A stretch of DNA of 64,000 bases, from positions 264,418-328,417 of the forward strand of contig NC_014926.1 in the NCBI RefSeq assembly GCF_000185805.1, given 5' to 3'. This document shows, piece after piece, positions 8,702 through 19,712 of the stretch. The position numbers and the translations under genes were made by a program. The DNA is from Thermovibrio ammonificans HB-1. GTDB taxonomy: Bacteria > Aquificota > Aquificia > Desulfurobacteriales > Desulfurobacteriaceae. How positions within the stretch are numbered: the stretch's first letter is position 1; every line of letters begins with the position of its first letter. The notes under the pieces are model-generated. The model ran no database searches. It was not told the DNA's origin and saw only the letters and a program-made list of their open reading frames with translations.

Positions 8702-11700
8702 ATGTTTGACAGGGCTTTAAAGGTTCTTTCCGGCCAGCTCAAAGAGGGGACGGCAAAGGCCTCCTCCCTTCCGGGAGCTTCAAAAGCCCTCGTTCTGAAG
8801 AAACTGAAGAAGCTCGTTGCCCCGAGCTTCGTGGTTGTTCCCACCCCTCAGCTTGCAGACGCATTTGCCCAAGATTTAAACAGGTTGGGCGTTAGGGCCC
8901 TCTTCCTGCCTCCCCTCGACGTTCTCCCGCTGGACCTCTCCTCTCCCCTGGCAAGGAGCCAGTACTTGCGCCACAGGGCGCTGCTTGAGCTTTTAGAGGG
9001 GGAGTTTGACTACGTTGTCCTCACCCCCGAGTCCCTCTACAGGCGGGTTCTGCCTCCGGAGTTCCTGATAGAGCTCTCCCTTGAGTTTAAAAGGGGAGAA
9101 ACCGCCGACGTTTCCGGCCTTCCCGAAAGGTTTATCGAGCTCGGCTTTAGGAGGGTTGACTCTGAGCCCGAGGAGCTTGAGTTCTCGTTGAAGGGCTCCA
9201 GCCTTGAGTTTGTGACTCCCCTCGGCGAGAGGGTTGTTGTTGAGTTCTTCGGCGACGAGGTAGAGGAGCTGAGCGTAAACGGCTCTCCTGCAGAGAGGTT
9301 TATTCTGCCTCCGGCCCTTGAGCTTCCCCAGAGCAGGGAGAGGCTTAAGGAGATTGAGAAGCTCTACCCAGAGCTGGTTGAGAGGCACCTGCTGTTGGGA
9401 GAGCTCAGCGGTGCAGAGAGGCTTCTGCCCGAGGTGGTTAAACTCGTTCCAGTTACCGAGTACACCGGTGAGCTTCCCCTCGTGGTTGTGGAGCCCGACC
9501 AGGTGAGGGCCGTTACCGACTCTTTCTTCTCCCAGGTGAGGGAGAACTACAAGCTCCTTGAGAGGGAAGGTATCCCCTCTGCCGCCCCCGAGGAGTTTGT
9601 GTGTGAGCTTGAGCTGCCCCAGAAGCTCTTCTTGTACGACAAGAAGGTGAAGAACGCCGTAGACTTCCAGCTTCAACCCCTGCCCTCGGTAGACGACGAC
9701 AACCTAAAAGAGGTTTTAAAGGGCCTTTCCGGCTACAGGGTGACCCTTGTTTACCAAACGGAGACCCTGAGGGAGGAGGCAGAGAAGCTTGCGGCCGGCT
9801 ACGGCGTTGAGCTGGAGCTCTTCAAGGGGGACTCAGCCGGAGGCTTCAGGCTCGATGTCTCAAAGAGGGCCTGGCTTACCGAGAGCCTCTTTGTTGCTCA
9901 AGCTCCTAAGAAGGAAGACGTTACGGCCCTTGAACCGGGAACCCTTGTTGTTCACAGGGATTACGGTATAGGAATTTTCCAGGGAATAGTAAGCAGGGAG
10001 ATAGGAGGGAAAACTTACGACTTTATCGAGATTGAGTATGCCGGCGGCGAGAGGCTTTACGCTCCCTTTACCCAGATAGACCGCATCTACAGGTACACCG
10101 GCTACAGGGGGAAGACCCCCAAGCTCGACAAGCTGGGCGGAACCTCCTGGAAGAACCTTGAGAGGCGGGTAAAGGCCTCTCTGGTGAAGTTTGCAAAGGA
10201 GCTTGCCCAGCTCTACAAGGAGCGTAAGAGCGCCGTAGGCGAAAGGCTCAAGGGCGACGAGGCCCTCTTAAGGGAGTTCGAGAGGCGCTTCCCCTACAGG
10301 CTCACCCCGGACCAGTCGAAGGCCATAAGGGAAGTTTACAGGGATATGGAGTCGGAACGCCCGATGGACCGCCTCATCTGCGGCGACGTGGGCTTCGGGA
10401 AGACCGAGGTTGCCATGAGGGCCGCCATGAAGGCGGTAACGTCGGGTAAACAGGTTGCAGTTATAGCCCCTACTACCGTTCTTGCCGACCAGCACTACAG
10501 GACTTTCAGAAAGCGTTTTAAGGGCTTTCCCGTAAAAATAGAGATGCTCTCCCGTTTTAAGAGCAAGAAGGAGCAGAGGGAGATTCTCGAGAAGCTCAAA
10601 AGGGGCGAAGTGGACATAGTTATAGGAACCCACCGGTTAACCCAGGACGACGTTGAGTTTAAAGACCTGGGGCTTTTGATAATAGACGAAGAGCACCGCT
10701 TCGGCGTGAAGACCAAGGAGAAGCTGACTAAGCTGAAGTCTAACATAGACGTTCTCTACCTTTCGGCTACGCCCATCCCCAGAACCCTCTACTCTGCCCT
10801 TTCTGGCTTTAGGGATATCTCCCTCATAGAGACCCCTCCGGCGGGGAGGCGCGGAACCAAGGTTGTTGTTTCCCGCTACAGCGACGAGCTGTTTAAGGCG
10901 GCGATAGAGAGGGAGTTGGCCAGGGGCGGCCAGGTTTTCATAGTTCAGAACGACATCTCAAAGCTTGAGGAGATAAAGGAGAAGGTTGAGCGGCTCTTCC
11001 CGGGCGTTAAGGTGGGGGTTGTTCACGGTCAGATGAGGAGCTCCCAGATAGAAAAGGTTATGCACCAGTTCTTCGAGGGAGAGCTTCAGGTCCTTGTCTC
11101 TACGGCAATAGTTGAGTCGGGCCTTGACGTTCCCACGGCCAATACCCTGATAGTTATAGGGGCGGAAAGGTTCGGCCTTTCCCAGCTCTACCAGCTTAAA
11201 GGTAGGGTCGGCAGGGGCGTTGAGAAGGGTTACTGTTACCTGTTTACAACTCCCGGGGTGAAGCTTACAGCCGAGGCCGTTAAGAGGCTGGAGGCGATGA
11301 AGAAGCTCGCCCCCCTGGGGGGAGGTTTCCGGCTTGCCCTTAAAGACCTTGAGATAAGGGGTGCCGGCACGCTGCTCGGGCCCAAGCAGAGCGGTTTTGT
11401 AGAGTCTGTGGGGCTCGACCTTTACATGAAGCTCTTTGAAGAGGTGGCCAAGGAGCAGGAGGAGTCGGGAGACGTTAAGATAAACCTTCCCTACGAAGCC
11501 TTTATACCCGAAGACTTTGTGGAAGACCCGAAGGAGAAGCTCAAGCTCTACAGCCAGCTTGCCGCCTCTGCCAACCCCGACGAGCTCCTTGAGAAGTTGA
11601 AAGAGGTTAGGGGATACCTTCCAGACCCCCTCGTTAACCTGTTTAAGGTTATGAAGCTCAAGCGGATAGCCAAGGAGCTCGGGGTGAAGGAGGTAGCCAT

Positions 11701-11878
11701 GGCCCCCTCCGGAAGGGTTATAATAGCTTTCGGCGATGAGGTTGCCGTGTCGCCCGAGCGCTTGGTGGAGTTTGTTAAGGAGAGCGGGGGAACTTTTACC
11801 CCCGACAGGAAGCTCTACATTCAGGTTAAAGACCTCGACGACCTTATCAATACCCTGTCTTCCTTAAAGGAGAGCTGA
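8702..11878 (+). CDS. mfd: transcription-repair coupling factor
   Basis: 1058 aa. Contains a RecG-like SF2 helicase core (GDVGFGKTEVAMRA, DEEHRFGV) and a TRCF C-terminal domain. Confidence 0.9.
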   Translation: MFDRALKVLSGQLKEGTAKASSLPGASKALVLKKLKKLVAPSFVVVPTPQLADAFAQDLNRLGVRALFLPPLDVLPLDLSSPLARSQYLRHRALLELLEGEFDYVVLTPESLYRRVLPPEFLIELSLEFKRGETADVSGLPERFIELGFRRVDSEPEELEFSLKGSSLEFVTPLGERVVVEFFGDEVEELSVNGSPAERFILPPALELPQSRERLKEIEKLYPELVERHLLLGELSGAERLLPEVVKLVPVTEYTGELPLVVVEPDQVRAVTDSFFSQVRENYKLLEREGIPSAAPEEFVCELELPQKLFLYDKKVKNAVDFQLQPLPSVDDDNLKEVLKGLSGYRVTLVYQTETLREEAEKLAAGYGVELELFKGDSAGGFRLDVSKRAWLTESLFVAQAPKKEDVTALEPGTLVVHRDYGIGIFQGIVSREIGGKTYDFIEIEYAGGERLYAPFTQIDRIYRYTGYRGKTPKLDKLGGTSWKNLERRVKASLVKFAKELAQLYKERKSAVGERLKGDEALLREFERRFPYRLTPDQSKAIREVYRDMESERPMDRLICGDVGFGKTEVAMRAAMKAVTSGKQVAVIAPTTVLADQHYRTFRKRFKGFPVKIEMLSRFKSKKEQREILEKLKRGEVDIVIGTHRLTQDDVEFKDLGLLIIDEEHRFGVKTKEKLTKLKSNIDVLYLSATPIPRTLYSALSGFRDISLIETPPAGRRGTKVVVSRYSDELFKAAIERELARGGQVFIVQNDISKLEEIKEKVERLFPGVKVGVVHGQMRSSQIEKVMHQFFEGELQVLVSTAIVESGLDVPTANTLIVIGAERFGLSQLYQLKGRVGRGVEKGYCYLFTTPGVKLTAEAVKRLEAMKKLAPLGGGFRLALKDLEIRGAGTLLGPKQSGFVESVGLDLYMKLFEEVAKEQEESGDVKINLPYEAFIPEDFVEDPKEKLKLYSQLAASANPDELLEKLKEVRGYLPDPLVNLFKVMKLKRIAKELGVKEVAMAPSGRVIIAFGDEVAVSPERLVEFVKESGGTFTPDRKLYIQVKDLDDLINTLSSLKES

Positions 11879-11879
11879 T

Positions 11880-12590
11880 ATGAGAAGAGCAGCTTTAGCA
11901 GCTTTTGCCGCTTTTGCCGTTTCTGCTACCGGAGCCTTTGCCGCTCAGCCTCCGGCAAAGCCTGTTAAGGAGGTGAAGCTCGACAGGCAGACAAAGAGGG
12001 AGTTCTTCCTCTCTCTAAGGAGCGGCGACTTTAAGAAAGCGGAAGAGCTCATTGCGTCGGGTAGAGTACCCGTAGACTACCGTAACAAGTTCGACCAAAC
12101 TCCCCTCTACTACGCCGTAGACGCAGACAACGTTGAGTTCGCCAAGTTCCTTATAGAGCACGGTGCAAATGTGAACGCCACCGACTACTTCGGCCTCACC
12201 CCCTTACACGAGGCGGTCGTAAGGGGTAGCTATAGAGTTGCCAAGCTCCTTATAGAGCACGGTGCAAAGGTAAACGCCACCGATAAGTACGGCTACACCC
12301 CCCTTCACCTTACGGCCATTTACAACAGGCCCAGGCTTGCCAAGCTCTTAATAGAACACGGGGCAGATGTGAACGCTAAGGACAACTACGGGAACACTCC
12401 CCTCCACTACTGTGCCACTACCAAGGGGAGTGAAGCCGTTGCCAAGGTTCTCCTTGAAAACGGAGCAAACCCCAACGTTAAGAACAACAGGGGTAAAACT
12501 CCCCTCGACCTTGCAAACGAGAGTAAGAACTTTAAAGTTTCAAGGCTTATAGCCACCTACCTTGAGAAGGCCCAGTCTAAGGGGAAGTAG
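11880..12590 (+). CDS. secreted ankyrin-repeat protein
   Basis: Signal peptide MRRAALAAFAAFAVSATGAFA. At least four ankyrin repeats of the form TPLH...GANVNAxD. Confidence 0.75.
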   Translation: MRRAALAAFAAFAVSATGAFAAQPPAKPVKEVKLDRQTKREFFLSLRSGDFKKAEELIASGRVPVDYRNKFDQTPLYYAVDADNVEFAKFLIEHGANVNATDYFGLTPLHEAVVRGSYRVAKLLIEHGAKVNATDKYGYTPLHLTAIYNRPRLAKLLIEHGADVNAKDNYGNTPLHYCATTKGSEAVAKVLLENGANPNVKNNRGKTPLDLANESKNFKVSRLIATYLEKAQSKGK

Positions 12591-12598
12591 CCGGCAGG

Positions 12599-13093
12599 CT
12601 ACATCCCCAGTTTTATCAGGAGTTTGCCGTTCTTCACCTCTACTCCTTTTACCAGCTTCGCCTTTGAGCCTTTAATTGTATAAACGGGAATTCTGTAGAG
12701 CTTCTCCCCCAGCAGCCGTTCTATGAGGCTGCTCCACTTCCGGGCGTTAAACTCCTTTCCGCCGAGCTTAATGCCCTTAACTTCAAGCCCGGTAAGGTAA
12801 ACGGTTGCACTCTTCGGGTCGTACTCGAAGCGGCCTATGGCGTCCAGGCTTCCCTTTATCTTCTTCACTCCCGCCAGGTTCAGCACGTAGCTCAGTTTAA
12901 CTTCTCCCCTGTTGCCGTTGAGGAGGTTAACTTGGGGGTTCTTTAGAACTACCTCTGCAAGCGAGTAGCGCTTTTTAACGGGGAAAACCTTTTTTACTTT
13001 GGCGTTAACCTCCGTTTGCGGAACCGTTAGCGTGTAGCTGACGCAGGATGCGAGAATCAGCAGGGAGCTTAAAAGGGGAATAAACCTCTTCAT
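12599..13093 (-). CDS. DUF1439/YceB-like lipoprotein
   Basis: Internal start MKRFIPLLSSLLILASC carries a lipobox. The ORF track's longer N-terminal extension is rejected. Confidence 0.45.
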   Translation of the reverse strand: MKRFIPLLSSLLILASCVSYTLTVPQTEVNAKVKKVFPVKKRYSLAEVVLKNPQVNLLNGNRGEVKLSYVLNLAGVKKIKGSLDAIGRFEYDPKSATVYLTGLEVKGIKLGGKEFNARKWSSLIERLLGEKLYRIPVYTIKGSKAKLVKGVEVKNGKLLIKLGM

Positions 13094-13170
13094 TGCCCCT
13101 CCCTTTAACAAATTCTTAACTCCTTTGGTAATAAACTCTACGGTAACACAGTATACAACGGGAGGAGCCG

Positions 13171-14319
13171 ATGAGAAAACTGCTTTTGGGGGCTTTGGTT
13201 GCCCTACTTTCGGGCGGAGCCGCAAGCGGAGCGACTATTCTCATCAACGGCGTGCCTGTGAGCAAGCTCTACGTAGACAGTGAAGGTAGGCTCTACCTTA
13301 CTCCGGGGCCTGGCAGGAAGCCCGTTGAGATTTCCATTCCCAAGAGCACCGTTTCGCCCTCTACGCCCGTTGTCACGTCGGATAGGAAGCTGAAGGTTGG
13401 GGGAACGGCCTACATTCACTGGGACTACGACACCGAAAACTCTAAGGAGCATAACGCCTTTAAGATAACAAGGAACTACGTTGAGCTGAGGGGCTACTTC
13501 AACGGTAAAGACTACTTCAGGACAACCTTGGACGTTAAGCAGAGCGACGCCGTAGACAACGGCTCTTACGTTGTAAGGCTCAAGTACGCCTACGTTTACT
13601 TCCACCGTGTTCTGCCCCACACCGGGGTTGAGCTGGGTCTGGTTCACAGGCCCTGGATAGACTGGGAGGAGCACCATGCCTGGTTCCACAGGGACCTTGA
13701 GGAGACGCTTATAGAGAACAAGAGGGGTGCCCACCTTATGAACTCGGCAGACCTGGGTGCCGACTTTAAAGGCCACTACGGCATAGCTTCTTGGGAGTTC
13801 GGCCTGTTCAACGGCGAGGGTTACCACGGAGAGGAGGAGAGTTCCCACTTCGGAAAGTCCGTTGAGGCAAGGCTCTCTTTGAACCTCTTCAAGAACTTCT
13901 GGCTCTCGGGCCATACCGCCCACAACTTCGACTACAAGGGTCTGGGTATGGACAGGCACATCTACCAGGTTCACGCCGTTTACAACGGCCCCTACTTCCT
14001 TGTGGCGGGCCAGTACATCTGGGACAAGGACCACTACTACAGCGCCCCCGACGTGAAACAGAGGGGGTATTCCTTTAACGCCGACTTGAAGCTCAGGCCC
14101 TTTACTGGCGTTCCCGCCGGCCTGCTTGCCCGCTACGACCACTGGGACCCTAACACCGACCGCTCCAACGACGTGAAGAAGCACTACGTTGCCGGCGTTT
14201 ACTATAGGCTCAACCACCACGTTAAGCTTACCGTTGCAGACGATAGGCTCATTGCGGGTTCCAACTCCGGTATGTCCGACGCAAACACCGTTATGGCGGT
14301 TGCGGAGGTTAAGTGGTAG
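13171..14319 (+). CDS. outer-membrane beta-barrel porin, probably phosphate-selective (OprO/OprP-like)
   Basis: Signal peptide, an aromatic-rich beta-barrel pattern, and a terminal ...VAEVKW. Lies immediately upstream of pstS. Confidence 0.55.
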   Translation: MRKLLLGALVALLSGGAASGATILINGVPVSKLYVDSEGRLYLTPGPGRKPVEISIPKSTVSPSTPVVTSDRKLKVGGTAYIHWDYDTENSKEHNAFKITRNYVELRGYFNGKDYFRTTLDVKQSDAVDNGSYVVRLKYAYVYFHRVLPHTGVELGLVHRPWIDWEEHHAWFHRDLEETLIENKRGAHLMNSADLGADFKGHYGIASWEFGLFNGEGYHGEEESSHFGKSVEARLSLNLFKNFWLSGHTAHNFDYKGLGMDRHIYQVHAVYNGPYFLVAGQYIWDKDHYYSAPDVKQRGYSFNADLKLRPFTGVPAGLLARYDHWDPNTDRSNDVKKHYVAGVYYRLNHHVKLTVADDRLIAGSNSGMSDANTVMAVAEVKW

Positions 14320-14372
14320 GCCGATTTGTTTTGTGGTTTAATTACCGAAAAAGCCGATAGGAGGGAACTCTT

Positions 14373-15449
14373 ATGTTAAAAGGGAAAAAAGCTGTTTTTG
14401 CCTTAATGCTACCTGCCGTTACCCTGGTTGCCGGCTGTTTCGGCGGTTCGGGCTCTAAAGAGAGCGGTAAGTCCGAAAGTGCCGGGCACAAAAGCTCCAA
14501 GGTGGTTATAAACGGTGCAGGTGCTACGTTCCCCTACCCGGTTTACGTGAACTGGGCCAAAGAGTACTACAAGGCTACAGGTATAAAGGTTAACTACCAG
14601 GGTATAGGCTCCGGCGGCGGAATCAGGCAGGTTACCGAGAGAACCGTTGATTTTGGCGGTTCCGACAAGATGCTCTCTCCGAAGGAGCTCGACAAGAGGC
14701 GCCTTTACCAGTTTCCGGCCATAGTTGGGGCGATTGTTGTTGTGTATAACCTGCCCGGCGTTGGCGACGGGGAGTTGAAGCTCTCCAACAAGACCGTTGC
14801 CGACATTTTCCTGGGTAAGGTGAAGTACTGGGACAACCCCGAGATTAAGTCGGATAACCCGGGTGTGAAGCTTTCCCACCAGCGTATAACCGTAATCCAC
14901 AGGGCCGAAGGCTCCGGAACCACCTGGAACTTTACCTACTGGCTGAGCCAGGTTTCTCCGGAGTGGAAGGAAAAAGTGGGTTACGGCAAAGTTGTAAACT
15001 GGCCCACCGGAATAGGCGCAAAGGGTAACGCCGGTGTTACAAACTACGTTAAACAGACCCCGGGTGCCATAGGCTACGTTGAATACGCCTACAAGCTCCA
15101 GAACAACCTTGCGGCCGCTCAGCTTCAGACCAAGGAGGGCAACTTCGTGAAGCCCTCGGAGCAAGCCTTTAAAGCTGCGGCCTCCCACGCTTCCTGGACT
15201 ATGAAGGACCACTTCTACCTGCCGGGTAACTTGCTCTTACAGCCTGGGAAGGAGAGCTGGCCCCTTACCGCCGCAAGTATGATTCTCCTCCCCAGGGAGA
15301 GGAAGGAGCGTAACAAGCTCGTTATTGAGTTCTTCGACTGGTCTTTCAAGCACGGAGACCCGATAGCCGTTAAACTCGGCTACGTTCCCCTTCCCGAGAA
15401 AACCAAGGAGATGGTCAGGGAGTACTGGAAGGAAGTGGTTCTCAAGTAG
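14373..15449 (+). CDS. pstS: phosphate ABC transporter substrate-binding protein
   Basis: Lipoprotein signal followed by the PstS motif ATFPYPVY...GIGSGGG. Confidence 0.85.
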   Translation: MLKGKKAVFALMLPAVTLVAGCFGGSGSKESGKSESAGHKSSKVVINGAGATFPYPVYVNWAKEYYKATGIKVNYQGIGSGGGIRQVTERTVDFGGSDKMLSPKELDKRRLYQFPAIVGAIVVVYNLPGVGDGELKLSNKTVADIFLGKVKYWDNPEIKSDNPGVKLSHQRITVIHRAEGSGTTWNFTYWLSQVSPEWKEKVGYGKVVNWPTGIGAKGNAGVTNYVKQTPGAIGYVEYAYKLQNNLAAAQLQTKEGNFVKPSEQAFKAAASHASWTMKDHFYLPGNLLLQPGKESWPLTAASMILLPRERKERNKLVIEFFDWSFKHGDPIAVKLGYVPLPEKTKEMVREYWKEVVLK

Positions 15450-15476
15450 CATTTGCATATAGTAGAAGAGTCGAAT

Positions 15477-15506
15477 GGGCCGCCTTCGGGCGGCCTTTCT
15501 TTTTTC
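15477..15506 (+). terminator. Rho-independent terminator after pstS
   Basis: Hairpin GGGCCGCC-TTCG-GGCGGCC followed by TTTCTTTTTT. Confidence 0.6.
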
Positions 15507-15656
15507 GGGGAGGTGCCGGAGGGACGATGGGTAGAATTTAACTTATGTTTCAAATCAAAATAGTGCAAGTCTAATTTTCTAAATAGTTGTTGAAGTGTTG
15601 GAAACGGCTTCCCGGGCGTCTATTTTTTCCTGTTAAACCCTTTTGTTCGGGAGAGT

Positions 15657-18467
15657 ATGAGCGGCAAGATTGTTGTAAGGGGAGCCAGGCAGCACAACCT
15701 GAAGAACGTAGACCTTGAGATTCCGAAAAACAGCCTTGTTGTTATAACGGGAGTTTCCGGTTCCGGGAAATCCTCTCTGGCCTTTGATACCCTCTACGCC
15801 GAGGGGCAGAGGCGTTACGTTGAGAGCCTTTCGGCCTACGCCAGGCAGTTCCTCGAGCTTATGGAGAAGCCCGATGTAGACTCCATAGAGGGACTCTCTC
15901 CGGCCATAGCCATCGACCAGAAAACGGTTTCTAAAAACCCCCGCTCAACTGTGGGAACTACAACCGAGATTCACGACTACCTCAGGCTCCTTTTTGCGAG
16001 GGTGGGAACGCCCTACTGTCCGGAGTGTAACGTTCCCGTTGAGCCCCAAACCGTAGAGTCTATTGTGGATAGGGTTCTGGAGCTTGAGGGTAAGAGGGTT
16101 CTCATTCTCTCGCCGGTTGTCAGGGAGCGGAAGGGAGAGCACAGGGAGCTCCTTGAGAGGCTCTTGAAGCAGGGATTCAGGCGTTTCCGGATTGACGGGA
16201 AGTTCTACAGGGCCGAAGAGGTTCTTTCTCTTAAGTTGGAGAAGAAGGTAAAGCACACCGTTGAGGTGGTTGTAGATAGGCTGAAGGTCTCCTCTAAGGA
16301 TAAGACCCGCATAGCCGACTCTGTGGAGCTTGCAACGGCCCTTTCGGAGGGGCTCATTGTGGTTCACGACTACGATACCGGCGAGGAGAAGCTCTACTCC
16401 ACGAGGAGTTCGTGTCCCATCTGCGGTTTCAGTTTTAAGGAGATATCACCCCGGCTCTTTTCGTTTAACAGCCCTCTGGGGGCGTGTCCCGAGTGCGGGG
16501 GGCTCGGTTTTAGGCTCGCAGTTGACCCGGAGCTCCTCATCGATTTCGAGAAGCCGCTCCTTTACGCCTTTGAGATAACCAAGTGGGCGAAGTTCGAGTA
16601 CCTTATGGACCTTATAGAAACCGGCTGTGAGCAGTTGGGAATTTCACCCCTCACGCCGGTTAAGGAGCTCACCCGGGAGCAGCTTCACTTCCTCCTTTAC
16701 TCTCCCAAGGGTTCGGTGCGGGTTTACAACACCGTTCCCTACAGCAGGGGAAACTACAGGCCCTACTACTTTGAGGGGATAGCCCGCCACCTTGAGCGGC
16801 GTTACAGGGAGACCGAGTCGGAAACCGTGAAGGAGTTGATAGAGCCCTACCTTACCGAGGTTGAGTGTGAAGCCTGTAAGGGGAAGAGGCTCAACCGGGA
16901 GGCCCTTTCGGTTTACGTTGGAGGTAGGAACATCGCCCAGGTTGAGTCTATGTCGGTCGGTGAGTGTTACGCCTTTATAGAGGGCCTGAAGTTTACGGGG
17001 CAGAAGGAGAAAATCGCCACCCCCATTCTGAAGGAGATAAAGAACAGGCTGAAGTTCCTTTTGGATGTGGGCCTCGATTACCTGACCCTCGATAGGAGAA
17101 CCTCTACCCTCTCCGGAGGGGAGTCTCAGCGGATAAGGCTTGCAACTCAGGTGGGTTCAAGGCTTTCGGGTGTTCTCTACGTTCTCGACGAGCCCAGTAT
17201 AGGGCTTCACCAGAGGGATAACAGGAGGCTGATAGAGACCCTTAAGGGTCTGAGGGATTTGGGGAATACCGTTGTGGTTGTTGAGCACGACCTTGAAACC
17301 ATAGAGAGCGCCGACTTCATAGTTGACATGGGCCCCGGAGCCGGCCAGCACGGGGGTAGGGTGGTTGCCTGCGGCTCCCCGGAAGAGGTGAAGAAACACC
17401 CGGACTCCCTTACGGGTAAGTACCTTTCGGGGAAGCTATCGATAGAGGTGCCGAAAAAGCGCAGGAGGCCCGGGGAGCGGAAGCTCCGGGTTGTGGGGGC
17501 AAGGGAGCACAACTTAAAGAACATCACGGTTGAGTTCCCGTTGGGGCTGTTTATCTGCGTTACGGGTGTTTCCGGTTCGGGTAAGTCTACGCTCGTTAAC
17601 GAGATTCTTTATAAGGCCCTTGCAAGGCACATCTACGGCAGTAAGGTTCACCCGGGAGAGCACGACCGTATAGAGGGGCTTGAGTACGTTGATAAGGTGG
17701 TTAGGGTGGACCAGTCTCCAATCGGCAGGACTCCTCGTTCCAACCCGGCCACCTACGTTGACGTTTTTACTCCCATAAGGGAGCTCTTTGCCTCAACTCC
17801 CGAGGCGCGGGCCAGGGGCTATAAGAAAGGACGTTTCTCTTTTAACGTTCCGGGCGGCAGGTGTGAGGCGTGTAAGGGGGAAGGGCTTATAAAGGTGGAG
17901 ATGCACTTCCTCCCCGATATTTATGTGACTTGCGACGTTTGTGGGGGTAAGCGGTTTAACAGGGAGACCCTTGAGATTACCTATAAGGGTAAGAACATCT
18001 ACGAAGTTCTGGAGATGACGGTTGAAGAGGCCATGGAGTTTTTCAAGAACCACCCGAAAATTTTTAACAAGCTGAAGACTTTGTACGATGTTGGCCTCGG
18101 CTACATAAAGCTCGGACAGCCGGCAACCACCCTCTCGGGAGGGGAAGCCCAGAGGGTAAAGCTTGCTAAGGAGCTCTCTAAGAGGGCTACGGGAAAAACG
18201 GTTTACATTCTCGATGAACCTACAACGGGGCTTCACATTCACGATGTTAAGAAGCTTATATCGGTTCTTCAGAGGCTCGTTGATAAGGGTAACACCGTTA
18301 TTGTGATTGAGCACAACCTCGACCTTATAAAGTGTGCAGACTGGATAGTGGACCTGGGCCCCGAAGGGGGAGACAGGGGCGGAGAGGTTGTTGCCACCGG
18401 AACCCCCGAGGAGGTTGCAAAAACGAATACCTGGACCGGTAGGTTTTTAAGGGAGCTTCTCGGTTAA
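15657..18467 (+). CDS. uvrA: excinuclease ABC subunit A
   Basis: 936 aa. Two ABC ATPase modules plus zinc fingers, with the typical UvrA N-terminus. Confidence 0.95.
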   Translation: MSGKIVVRGARQHNLKNVDLEIPKNSLVVITGVSGSGKSSLAFDTLYAEGQRRYVESLSAYARQFLELMEKPDVDSIEGLSPAIAIDQKTVSKNPRSTVGTTTEIHDYLRLLFARVGTPYCPECNVPVEPQTVESIVDRVLELEGKRVLILSPVVRERKGEHRELLERLLKQGFRRFRIDGKFYRAEEVLSLKLEKKVKHTVEVVVDRLKVSSKDKTRIADSVELATALSEGLIVVHDYDTGEEKLYSTRSSCPICGFSFKEISPRLFSFNSPLGACPECGGLGFRLAVDPELLIDFEKPLLYAFEITKWAKFEYLMDLIETGCEQLGISPLTPVKELTREQLHFLLYSPKGSVRVYNTVPYSRGNYRPYYFEGIARHLERRYRETESETVKELIEPYLTEVECEACKGKRLNREALSVYVGGRNIAQVESMSVGECYAFIEGLKFTGQKEKIATPILKEIKNRLKFLLDVGLDYLTLDRRTSTLSGGESQRIRLATQVGSRLSGVLYVLDEPSIGLHQRDNRRLIETLKGLRDLGNTVVVVEHDLETIESADFIVDMGPGAGQHGGRVVACGSPEEVKKHPDSLTGKYLSGKLSIEVPKKRRRPGERKLRVVGAREHNLKNITVEFPLGLFICVTGVSGSGKSTLVNEILYKALARHIYGSKVHPGEHDRIEGLEYVDKVVRVDQSPIGRTPRSNPATYVDVFTPIRELFASTPEARARGYKKGRFSFNVPGGRCEACKGEGLIKVEMHFLPDIYVTCDVCGGKRFNRETLEITYKGKNIYEVLEMTVEEAMEFFKNHPKIFNKLKTLYDVGLGYIKLGQPATTLSGGEAQRVKLAKELSKRATGKTVYILDEPTTGLHIHDVKKLISVLQRLVDKGNTVIVIEHNLDLIKCADWIVDLGPEGGDRGGEVVATGTPEEVAKTNTWTGRFLRELLG

Positions 18468-18524
18468 CCTTTTTACCCGGGGCCTCCCTTAAAATAGGGG
18501 CTTAAACCGGTTTCGGAGGTTGGT

Positions 18525-18881
18525 ATGAGGGTCTTGCTGATTCTGAACAGGCAGCCTTACGACGGCACCGATGTTACCTGGAATGCGCTGCGGCTTGCGG
18601 GAAAGCTCCTTGAAAAGGGAGCCGTTGTGAGGATTTTCCTGATGAACGATGCTGTTGACCTTGCAAGGGAGGAAACCGTTAAACCCGACTCCTACGACCA
18701 AGACCTTGTTGCGATGCTTAAGGAGCTGATTTCAAAGGGAGTTCCCGTTAAAGTGTGCGGAACCTGTATGGCCCGCTGCGGGATTCATAAGGGTAAGCCC
18801 TACTTTGAGGGGGCGGAGAAGGCCACGATGAACGACCTTGTTGAGTGGGTTCTCGACAGCGATAAGGTTCTGACCTTTTAA
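18525..18881 (+). CDS. DsrE/DsrF/TusD-like sulfur-relay family protein
   Basis: 118 aa with a DsrE-like fold and a CGTC cysteine motif. Confidence 0.65.
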   Translation: MRVLLILNRQPYDGTDVTWNALRLAGKLLEKGAVVRIFLMNDAVDLAREETVKPDSYDQDLVAMLKELISKGVPVKVCGTCMARCGIHKGKPYFEGAEKATMNDLVEWVLDSDKVLTF

Positions 18882-18909
18882 CGGAAGGAGGGCTTTAAGC
18901 CCTCCTTCT

Positions 18910-19638
18910 TTAAGAGAGCTCTTTCATTGCCGCTTCGTGGCAGACGCGGCAGTCCATCTTAGTCTTCTGCCTTCCCTTTATCGGCTTGGGCTTGAAGCCC
19001 TCGAAGTGGTAGGCGTTCAGTAGCTCTACCGTTTTGGCCGCAACTGTGGCCGTTAGCCTTGCGCACCTTTCTGAGCGCTCTTTGCTGTTGTAGAGTATCG
19101 GCCTGCCGAAGAAGACCGAAGCCACCTGGCACCACCTCTGAACCGATACGTGGCACAGGGGAGAGTGGGCCACGCTCTTGGGAAACTTCTCAAGGCCCGG
19201 CTTGCAGACCGGCGGCTGGTAGGTGGGTAGCTGGGTGTTCTGGTACCACTCAAACAGGGTGTCTATCATCGGCTTGAAGTCTTTACAGGTAAGGTTAAAA
19301 ATGGCGGCTGCGCCGTTTAGGGTTCCGCATACAGTTCCCCAGCCGGCTATACCGCCCCCGCCGTACCAGAACATAAGGGAGGGTATTCCCATGTAAGGGC
19401 CACCGACTTTCTCCTTGAGTGCGTCTATTATCGTTCTGAAAACGCCGTCGCAGCATTCGTGTTTGAAGTACTCGCTGTATGCCCTGTCTGCTATCTCTTT
19501 CGGGTCGAGTTTAACGTAGGGGAAGGGGAGCTTCGGGTCTTTTGTCTCTCCGAGTGCCGCCTTCAGGCCCGTAACACCCCCAACTGCAACCCCGAGTCCG
19601 GCTATGAGCCCCTTCTTGAGGAAGTCTCTCCTTTCCAT
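18910..19638 (-). CDS. Tat-secreted Cys-rich redox protein (C_GCAxxG_C_C family-like)
   Basis: Twin-arginine signal MERRDFLKKG and multiple conserved Cys including GTVCGTLNGAAA. AGGAGG RBS. Confidence 0.5.
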   Translation of the reverse strand: MERRDFLKKGLIAGLGVAVGGVTGLKAALGETKDPKLPFPYVKLDPKEIADRAYSEYFKHECCDGVFRTIIDALKEKVGGPYMGIPSLMFWYGGGGIAGWGTVCGTLNGAAAIFNLTCKDFKPMIDTLFEWYQNTQLPTYQPPVCKPGLEKFPKSVAHSPLCHVSVQRWCQVASVFFGRPILYNSKERSERCARLTATVAAKTVELLNAYHFEGFKPKPIKGRQKTKMDCRVCHEAAMKELS

Positions 19639-19712
19639 GGTCCCTCCTTTTACCACTTTAAAGTGGTGAAATTTGGTTTAGTATAACATAGCAGAACTTC
19701 ATCTGTTGGAGA

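Noticed and set aside
8993-9676. 227-aa minus-strand ORF inside mfd. Similar antisense ORFs lie inside the porin (13204-14220), pstS (14409-15212), uvrA (17793-18314), gltB (26734-27468, 27526-28053, 28687-29229) and other long genes.
   Set aside because: Shadow ORFs, as expected in GC-rich coding DNA. They show no RBS and no recognisable domains, and they are fully contained in strongly supported genes.
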